Shown: positions 57,499 to 64,000 of the stretch, piece after piece
Position numbering within the stretch: the stretch's first letter is position 1
Layout: each line of letters starts with the position of its first letter
NCBI GenBank assembly: GCA_045578545.1
Contig: JAZNKK010000078.1
Location: 6,178-70,177 of the forward strand
Direction: 5' to 3'
Length of the DNA: 64,000 nt
Source: Lachnospiraceae bacterium
Lineage (GTDB): Bacteria; Bacillota; Clostridia; Lachnospirales; Lachnospiraceae
The notes under the pieces: model-generated
The model's database searches: none
What the model was told of the DNA's origin: nothing
What the model saw: only the letters and a program-made list of their open reading frames with translations
Made by a program: the position numbers and the translations under genes

Positions 57499-58362
57499 AT
57501 GGAAAAAAAGGAACATCTTACGGAAAAAGAAAAAATACATAACGGGAAGATAGCGGTGCTCCTTACCTGCTTTAACCGGAGGGAAAAGACCGTGGCATGC
57601 ATTTCTTCTTTGGGGAACGGTCAGGAGGGGCAGCGGCTTCACTTTATTGTTACCGATGATAACAGCAGTGACGGAACCAAAGAGGCATTACAACAGTTAC
57701 CTTTTGAAATCACAGTATTGGACGGAAACGGAAAACTGTTTTGGAACGGCGGAATGCGTAAGGCCTTTGCATACGCGTTAAAACATTGCAAAAAGTATGA
57801 ATATGTTATGCTGGTCAACGATGATGTGGTGTTTTACGAAGATGCATTACCAAATCTCCTTTCCCGATTTCAACATACCAAAACCGATGTGGTAGTAGGG
57901 TCCACCTGCGATGACAAGAAAGAAATGAGTTATGGCGGAGTACGAAAAAGATCTAAGTTGTTTGCAAGATATGAATTGATACCTCCCGGAAAAGAGCCAA
58001 AAGAATGCGATACCTTTAACGGAAATTGTGTCCTTTTAAAAACCGATGTTTTTGTAAAAAACGGGAATCTGGATCCTGCGTATATTCACAGTATGAGTGA
58101 TTATGATTACGGTATGGCGCTTCGGCGAAATGGTTACCGGATCGTAAACGCAAAATACCATGTGGGAGAATGCAATGATAATGATAAAAAAGGGACTTGG
58201 TTGGATACTTCTTTGCCACGAAAAAAACGGTTGGAATTAAAAGAGGGTCCCAAAGGTCTTCCAAGGCAGGATTGGTTTCATTTTGTGAAAAAAAATTATG
58301 GGGTATTGCCTGCCTTGTATCACTCAGCAACGCCGTACCTTCGGATATTGCTGGGCAAATAA
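57499..58362 (+). CDS. GT2 glycosyltransferase
   Basis: LTCFNR, TDDNSSDGT, GNGKLFWNGGM, VNDD, TFNGNCVL, DYDYG. Confidence 0.85.
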   Translation: MEKKEHLTEKEKIHNGKIAVLLTCFNRREKTVACISSLGNGQEGQRLHFIVTDDNSSDGTKEALQQLPFEITVLDGNGKLFWNGGMRKAFAYALKHCKKYEYVMLVNDDVVFYEDALPNLLSRFQHTKTDVVVGSTCDDKKEMSYGGVRKRSKLFARYELIPPGKEPKECDTFNGNCVLLKTDVFVKNGNLDPAYIHSMSDYDYGMALRRNGYRIVNAKYHVGECNDNDKKGTWLDTSLPRKKRLELKEGPKGLPRQDWFHFVKKNYGVLPALYHSATPYLRILLGK

Positions 58363-58378
58363 AACGGTATGCCGGAAA

Positions 58379-58427
58379 AAAGCAAAACAGAGAAAAAGCA
58401 GAGTAGAGAAAGCAAAACAGAGAAAAA
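58379..58427 (+). repeat. Purine-rich tandem/direct repeat upstream of uxs
   Basis: AAAGCAAAACAGAGAAAAA occurs at 58379-58397 and 58409-58427, with a degenerate copy (AAGCAGAGTAGAGAA) bridging them. Confidence 0.75.
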
Positions 58428-58448
58428 ATAAAAAAAGGAGAATAAGCG

Positions 58449-59384
58449 ATGGGAAAGAGAATTTTAGTAACAGGGGGAGCCGGGTTTTTGGGTTCACATT
58501 TGTGTGACAGACTGATTAAAGAGGGTAACGATGTTATTTGTCTGGATAATCTGTACACAGGAAACAAGAACAATATCCGCCACTTAATCGGAAATGATTA
58601 TTTTGAATTTATCCGTCATGATGTGACAGAGCCGATTCATTTGGAAGTGGATCAGATTTATAACCTGGCATGTCCTGCCAGTCCGGTACATTATCAGTAC
58701 AATCCCATTAAAACAACAAAGACCAGTGTGCTGGGAGCAATGAATATGTTGGGACTGGCAAAACGAGTTCATGCCAGAATTCTGCAAGCATCTACTTCCG
58801 AAGTTTATGGAGACCCGGAGGTACATCCCCAGCCGGAATCCTATCGTGGTTGCGTAAATACCATAGGTATTCGTTCCTGCTATGATGAAGGAAAACGTGT
58901 GGCGGAGACCTTGTTTTTTGATTATCACAGAATGCATGATGTGGAAATCAAAGTAATGCGTATTTTCAATACTTACGGACCGAATATGCATCCGGCAGAC
59001 GGTCGCGTGGTATCCAATTTTATTGTACAGGCATTAAAGGGAGAAGACATTACGGTTTATGGTGACGGAAGCCAGACCAGAAGCTTTTGTTATGTGGATG
59101 ATTTGATTGAAGGAATGGTTCGTCTTATGAATTCGAGAGCGGACTTCACCGGACCGGTTAATATCGGTAATCCCGGGGAATTTACCATTAAGCAGCTGGC
59201 AGAAATCGTTATCGAATTAACGGGAAGCAATTCCAAGATTATTTACCAGCCCCTTCCTTCGGATGACCCGCTTCAAAGAAAGCCGGTCATCGAACGTGCG
59301 AAGAAGGAATTGGATTGGGAACCCACCATTCCTTTGGAAGAAGGTTTGAAAAAGACCATTGCATATTTTAAAGGAATTGTTTAG
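58449..59384 (+). CDS. uxs: UDP-glucuronate decarboxylase (UDP-xylose synthase)
   Basis: [59 protein letters not shown]. Confidence 0.92.
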   Translation: MGKRILVTGGAGFLGSHLCDRLIKEGNDVICLDNLYTGNKNNIRHLIGNDYFEFIRHDVTEPIHLEVDQIYNLACPASPVHYQYNPIKTTKTSVLGAMNMLGLAKRVHARILQASTSEVYGDPEVHPQPESYRGCVNTIGIRSCYDEGKRVAETLFFDYHRMHDVEIKVMRIFNTYGPNMHPADGRVVSNFIVQALKGEDITVYGDGSQTRSFCYVDDLIEGMVRLMNSRADFTGPVNIGNPGEFTIKQLAEIVIELTGSNSKIIYQPLPSDDPLQRKPVIERAKKELDWEPTIPLEEGLKKTIAYFKGIV

Positions 59385-59420
59385 AACGAAAAAAGGGATC
59401 AAGAGAAGATGCAAAAATGA

Positions 59421-59452
59421 TTTCTCACAGGCAAGAAATTGTCTGTGAGAAA
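59421..59452. other. Strong stem-loop with a GAAA tetraloop (RNA stability/processing element or atypical terminator)
   Basis: TTTCTCACAGGCAA-GAAA-TTGTCTGTGAGAAA forms a 14-bp stem with one G-U pair. There is no U-tract on the + strand. Confidence 0.7.
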
Positions 59453-59485
59453 GATAATAGGTAGTGGAAAGGCATAGTAATTGGT

Positions 59486-60592
59486 ATGAAGATTGCTGTT
59501 GACCTAAGTAGTTTGGAAGATCATCTCTCCGGATTGGAGCGATACGGAATGTGTTTAACGCGGGCGATGCTTCGGTTGGATACAGAGAATGAGTATGTTC
59601 TTGTGTTTAAAAACCAGATTCATCCCGCGTTTTTTGAGTACCAAAAAAAGAAAAACATAACCTGTGTGGTAAGAGACGGAAAGAACAAACTATTCTTTAA
59701 TCAGTTTTTGTTACCGTCGGTTATGAAAAAAACAAAGGCAGAGGTGTTTCTGTTTCCGGCGTTTCCCGTGCCGTATTTTTTTCGGGAGAAGAATACCTAC
59801 GGTCTTATTGCAGATACTTGCTTCTTGGATTGTCCGGAAACAATGACAAAAAAATCCGCATTGTTTTTCAAGGTAATGGCGTCCCATACAGCAAAGATGG
59901 CCCAAAAGGTGATTACCATTTCCCATTTTTCACAAAAACAGATTGGGAAACATTATCCTAAGGCAAAAGGGAAAATTTTATTGTTAGAGTGCGGTGTGGA
60001 TACCGAAGAAAAAAAGAGCGGTACTTTGGGTGAATTACAGGAAAAGTATGGTTTGCCCAAGGAATATCTTCTTTCCTTAGCTACCATAGAACCAAGAAAG
60101 AATATGGAACTGCTTTTGACAGCGTATGAAGAAGTCTCGTTAGAATATGGTTCGCTGCCTCCGCTGGTGATGGCCGGTCGCATCGGTTGGAAAATGGAAC
60201 AAGTCATGGAACGATACAAAAACACAAACGGAAGGATTCTTTTTCCCGGTTTTATTTCAGAGGATGATTTGAAAACGCTTTATCAAAATGCGACGCTTTT
60301 TGTATCGCCGTCGTCCTATGAGGGATTTGGAATGCCGGCGTTAGAAGCACAACAAAGCGGATGCAAAGCGGTGCTTCTTTCGGACATCGAAGCCCATAAG
60401 GAAGTATTTAAGGATACGGTACGTTATTTTGAAAATAACAATAAAGAGGATTTAAAACAGGCGTTCCGCCAATTTGCGGAAGGAAAATGGCAAGAAAAGG
60501 AAATTGTTTCCTCGGAGAAAAATCTGCAATACTACCGCTGGGAACGTTCGGCAAAAAAATTATTGGATTCTATTACCGAAAATTCAAATTAG
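59486..60592 (+). CDS. GT4 glycosyltransferase (MtfB/WbpY-like)
   Basis: SGLERY, LATIEPRKN, GRIGW, PSSYEGFGMPALEA, SDI...EV. Confidence 0.88.
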   Translation: MKIAVDLSSLEDHLSGLERYGMCLTRAMLRLDTENEYVLVFKNQIHPAFFEYQKKKNITCVVRDGKNKLFFNQFLLPSVMKKTKAEVFLFPAFPVPYFFREKNTYGLIADTCFLDCPETMTKKSALFFKVMASHTAKMAQKVITISHFSQKQIGKHYPKAKGKILLLECGVDTEEKKSGTLGELQEKYGLPKEYLLSLATIEPRKNMELLLTAYEEVSLEYGSLPPLVMAGRIGWKMEQVMERYKNTNGRILFPGFISEDDLKTLYQNATLFVSPSSYEGFGMPALEAQQSGCKAVLLSDIEAHKEVFKDTVRYFENNNKEDLKQAFRQFAEGKWQEKEIVSSEKNLQYYRWERSAKKLLDSITENSN

Positions 60593-60678
60593 CGGTATGA
60601 CAATGAAAAAACATAGCCCGGTATGACGAAAATGAAAACTGTTTTCGAATTGGAACCTTTGCGGAGGATGCTGTAAGG

Positions 60679-61839
60679 ATGAGTATGAAAAAAATAGCCA
60701 TTATCAATCAAAGATACGGAAAAGAAGTGATTGGAGGGTCAGAGAGTTACACGATGCTACTGGCCAATCATTTAAAAAAAGAATATGAAGTGGAAATATT
60801 GACCAGTAAGGCTTTGACGTATGATTCCTGGGCGGATTACTACGAAGGCGATGAAAGAATCGATGATATTTTGGTTCGCAGATTTTCTGTAAGACATCCA
60901 AGAAGAAGATTTTTGTCCCGAGGATTGTTGTATGCTATTATTCGCTTACATTTAAACTTTCGTTTCCTAGGGAAGTTGTGGCTAAAATATCAGGGCCCCT
61001 ATGTGCCGGAGTTGGTTACCTTTTTAAAGGAGCACAAGGAGGATTATGATTTTTTTATTTTTGTAACCTATCTTTACTATCCTACGGCAAGAGGAATGCA
61101 GGAAGTGATGGAGAAAGCTTTTTTTATTCCTACGGCACATGAGGAACCTATGATTAACATGAAAATCTATCGGGATTTATTTCAAAAATGCCGTGGGTTA
61201 TTGTATCTTACGCCGGAAGAAAAAGCGCTGGCAGAAGAGAAATTCCACAATGAAACAATACCAAATGAGGTAATCGGAGTAGGAATTGAGGTTCCGGAGG
61301 ATATTTCCGGAGAAGCTTTTCGGTTAAAATACAGAATCGAAGGAGATTATCTTCTTTACGTTGGCAGGGTGGATTCCATGAAGGGCTGTAAGGAGATGTT
61401 TGCCTTTTATGAAGCAATGCGGGAAAAATTTTCCGGATTGCAGCTGGTAGTGATGGGCAAGTCTTATATGGAAATCCCTAAGATAGAAGGAATAAGGTAT
61501 TTGGGAATTGTGGATGAAGCGGATAAATATGCCGGTATGAAAGAGGCAAATGCATTGTGGCTTCCTTCGGCGAATGAAAGTTTATCCCTTGTGGTGCTGG
61601 AGTCTATGGCAGTGGGGACGCCGGTGATTGTGAACGGTGCCTGCAAGGTGTTGGAAGGACACTGCATACGAAGCAATGCAGGAATTGCATATAAAAACGA
61701 GGAAGAGTTACAAAAAGCCGTTCGAATTTTTTCCGATAAAGAGGTATCAATGGAATACGGAAAAAGAGGAATGGAATATGTCAGGGAAACCTATACCTGG
61801 CAGCAGGTAACGGAGAAAGTAAAAAAGTTATTAAAGTAG
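60679..61839 (+). CDS. GT4 glycosyltransferase
   Basis: QRYGKEVIGGSE, TYLYYPT, IPTAHEE, YVGRVD..KG, PSANESLSLVVLESM. Confidence 0.88.
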   Translation: MSMKKIAIINQRYGKEVIGGSESYTMLLANHLKKEYEVEILTSKALTYDSWADYYEGDERIDDILVRRFSVRHPRRRFLSRGLLYAIIRLHLNFRFLGKLWLKYQGPYVPELVTFLKEHKEDYDFFIFVTYLYYPTARGMQEVMEKAFFIPTAHEEPMINMKIYRDLFQKCRGLLYLTPEEKALAEEKFHNETIPNEVIGVGIEVPEDISGEAFRLKYRIEGDYLLYVGRVDSMKGCKEMFAFYEAMREKFSGLQLVVMGKSYMEIPKIEGIRYLGIVDEADKYAGMKEANALWLPSANESLSLVVLESMAVGTPVIVNGACKVLEGHCIRSNAGIAYKNEEELQKAVRIFSDKEVSMEYGKRGMEYVRETYTWQQVTEKVKKLLK

Positions 61840-61867
61840 CGTAAAAGGTTTGGAGTGAGGACGAATC

Positions 61868-63586
61868 ATGGGTGAAATGATAAAGCGAATCAATCGTATT
61901 TTATCTGCAAAAGAAAAGAAAAAAATCATTGTTCTGTTTTTCTTAATGGTAGTAGGCAGCTTTCTGGAACTTATGGGAGTTTCCCTGGTATTGCCGTTGA
62001 TTGAAATGATTATGCAAACGCCGGTGGATGCGGTAGCCTGGAAAAGGGAATTTTTACGTAATGCCGGTATTTTAGCAGTGGTATATCTATTAAAAAACGG
62101 ATTCTTGGCATATATGTTTCATTCGATTTATTCGTTTGTTTATCAAGGAAGCAGCAGATTGTCGGCACAGATGCTGCACTTTTACATGAAACAGCCCTAT
62201 GCTTTTCATTTAAATCGTAATCTTTCTGTAATGCAACGAACGATTTGCCATGATGTAAAAGGATTTTATATTGTGGTGCGACAGCTTTTGCAAATTGTTG
62301 CGGAAGTGCTTATTTGTGTTGTGCTGACTGTGTTTTTATTTTATACGGATTTCTTTATGACGCTATTTTTGATGCTGGTGTTGGGAGGCTGCGTGGGTGC
62401 TTTTTTGCTGGTGGCAAAAAAACAGGCCAAGAAGCTGGGACAGGAAGATTTGGAATACCAGGGAAAAATCAATCAGTGGGTTATGCAGGCCATTGGTGGC
62501 GTAAAAGAAATACAGGTTTTGGGAAGAGAAGATTTTTTTGTGGACCAATTTCGTTTTTATAATCAAAAATCAGCCCGTACCAATCGGAAGCAACAGTTTT
62601 TGCTACAGATTCCGAGACTGGTAACGGAAACGATTTGTATTTGGGCAGTGGTGCTGTTTTTGATGATAAAAGTCGGACAGGGAAATGATTTACAAAGTAT
62701 GGTGCCTACTTTGGCTATCTTTGTGGTTGCGGCCTTTCGTTTACTTCCCTGTGTGGGAAAAATCAACGGTTATATCACGGAACTGATGTTTTATCGGGGA
62801 TGTGTAGATTTTATTTATGATGATCTGACAAAGATTGGAAGCGAGAACCTTTGGAATAAGGAATGCAGGGAAGAAAAAGAAAACGTTCATCCACCGGAGG
62901 AAGTGCTTGGTTTTGAACGGGAAGTGGAATTGAGAGATATTTCTTTCCGATACGAAAACAGCGATAAAATGGTATTGGAAAATATTAATTTTCAGATTCC
63001 GAAGGGAAAATCCGTGGCGTTGGTGGGTCCTTCCGGTATCGGAAAGACAACGCTGGCGGATCTTGTGATGGGAGTACTTTCGCCTACCGAAGGGATGATT
63101 TTGGTGGACGGAGAAAATATTCGGAATCATCGCTACCGTTGGTATGCGCAGATTGGTTACGTACCCCAAACGATATTTTTGTCGGATGATACGATTCGAA
63201 ATAATGTGGCATTCGGAATTCCGGAAGAGGAAATTCAGGAAAAGCAAGTATGGGATGCCCTAAGGAAGGCGCAACTGGAAACCTTTGTCAAAGGATTGGA
63301 AGAGGGATTGGATACGAAGATCGGAGAACGGGGAGTGCGTATTTCCGGAGGCCAAAGACAACGAATCGGTATTGCCAGGGCATTATATCACGATCCGCAG
63401 CTTTTGGTACTGGATGAAGCCACTTCGGCATTGGATCAGGATACGGAAAGCGATGTTATGGAGGCGATAGAGCATCTTCACGGAGAGAAGACTATGTTAA
63501 TTATCGCACATCGTCTTACCACCATAGAGAAGTGTGATGCAATCTATGATGTTGGGGAGAGAAAAATGAAGAGAAATAGACAATAA
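61868..63586 (+). CDS. ABC transporter, PglK/Wzk-like lipid-linked glycan flippase, copy 3
   Basis: LELMGVS, PRLVTE, FRLLP, GPSGIGKTT, ISGGQRQR, LDEATSALD, IAHRL. Confidence 0.86.
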   Translation: MGEMIKRINRILSAKEKKKIIVLFFLMVVGSFLELMGVSLVLPLIEMIMQTPVDAVAWKREFLRNAGILAVVYLLKNGFLAYMFHSIYSFVYQGSSRLSAQMLHFYMKQPYAFHLNRNLSVMQRTICHDVKGFYIVVRQLLQIVAEVLICVVLTVFLFYTDFFMTLFLMLVLGGCVGAFLLVAKKQAKKLGQEDLEYQGKINQWVMQAIGGVKEIQVLGREDFFVDQFRFYNQKSARTNRKQQFLLQIPRLVTETICIWAVVLFLMIKVGQGNDLQSMVPTLAIFVVAAFRLLPCVGKINGYITELMFYRGCVDFIYDDLTKIGSENLWNKECREEKENVHPPEEVLGFEREVELRDISFRYENSDKMVLENINFQIPKGKSVALVGPSGIGKTTLADLVMGVLSPTEGMILVDGENIRNHRYRWYAQIGYVPQTIFLSDDTIRNNVAFGIPEEEIQEKQVWDALRKAQLETFVKGLEEGLDTKIGERGVRISGGQRQRIGIARALYHDPQLLVLDEATSALDQDTESDVMEAIEHLHGEKTMLIIAHRLTTIEKCDAIYDVGERKMKRNRQ

Positions 63587-63716
63587 AAAAAGTATTTGTC
63601 GAAAAAATAGAAACCTTTCCGATGAATGATTGGAATATTTTGTCGCACAATATTGCGAAAGATATCCGGCTTTGTTAACCTAGAAAACAGGGAAAATCAG
63701 GAAAGGCGGAGTACAA

Positions 63717-63971
63717 ATGATTTATATGCATTATTGTCCGAAATGTGAGTTTATTCATATGCTCAGTGGTCATCGAATGGAGTGCCCCGGGTGCAATGAA
63801 AAATTGACGGAATTAAAATTAGATTATATGGAATATTATCAGATGAATTTGCAGGAACGGAGTGCTTTGCAGGAAAAATGCAAAGACCCGAAGCAGTTAC
63901 AGGAACTGCAATATGTCTATAAAAAACACAAATTCAGCAAATGGTATAAGGAAGGCAAAAAAAGAGGATAA
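63717..63971 (+). CDS. Small hypothetical protein with a double CxxC (zinc-ribbon-like) motif
   Basis: CPKC...CPGC and a GGCGGAG RBS. It lies after the last glycan gene. Confidence 0.7.
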   Translation: MIYMHYCPKCEFIHMLSGHRMECPGCNEKLTELKLDYMEYYQMNLQERSALQEKCKDPKQLQELQYVYKKHKFSKWYKEGKKRG

Positions 63972-64000
63972 GAGAGTAAAATGGGCGCGATAAAAGAATG

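Noticed and set aside
1-64000. CRISPR arrays, tRNA/rRNA genes, IS elements, integrases and invertible promoters
   Set aside because: I saw no regularly spaced repeats, RNA gene signatures, transposase or recombinase ORFs, or long flanking inverted repeats. The intergenic spaces are too short for most of these.
1-64000. Very frequent CCGG/TCCGGA words
   Set aside because: They are spread evenly through coding sequence and are explained by CCG (Pro) and GGA (Gly) codon preference, so this is a genome signature rather than a local element.

Overview
This window is almost entirely one very large cell-surface glycan biosynthesis locus from a low-GC Gram-positive bacterium, probably Clostridia/Lachnospiraceae (inferred from protein style, about 40% GC by eye, AGGAGG ribosome-binding sites and TG-extended -10 promoters). 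It begins inside the locus and holds about 56 intact CDS, all on the + strand except one O-acetyltransferase. Transferases: two initiating polyprenyl-phosphate sugar-1-P transferases, about 26 cytoplasmic glycosyltransferases (GT2, GT4, GT10, GT11, GT26 and several unclassified), five GtrB/ArnC/DPM-like lipid-sugar synthases and six GT-C-like membrane proteins, plus one broken gene that may be a seventh. Export and assembly: three PglK/Wzk-type ABC flippases, a Wzy-like polymerase and a WaaL/O-oligosaccharyltransferase-like protein. Precursor and modification enzymes: WecE, a GNAT, TviB/TviC-like enzymes, an AsnB-type amidotransferase, FdtA, UDP-xylose synthase, a deacetylase and a KdsC-like phosphatase. 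No Wzx, Wzm/Wzt, chain-length regulator, LCP, rml or GDP-fucose genes are visible here, and no RNA genes, IS elements or CRISPR arrays were seen. The best candidate for an undescribed system is a Helicobacter/Campylobacter-like Wzk/PglK-flippase pathway with alpha-1,2 and alpha-1,3/4 fucosyltransferases and a ligase in a monoderm, decorated outside the membrane by repeated GT-C plus GtrB cassettes. All family calls come from motifs read by eye, not database searches.
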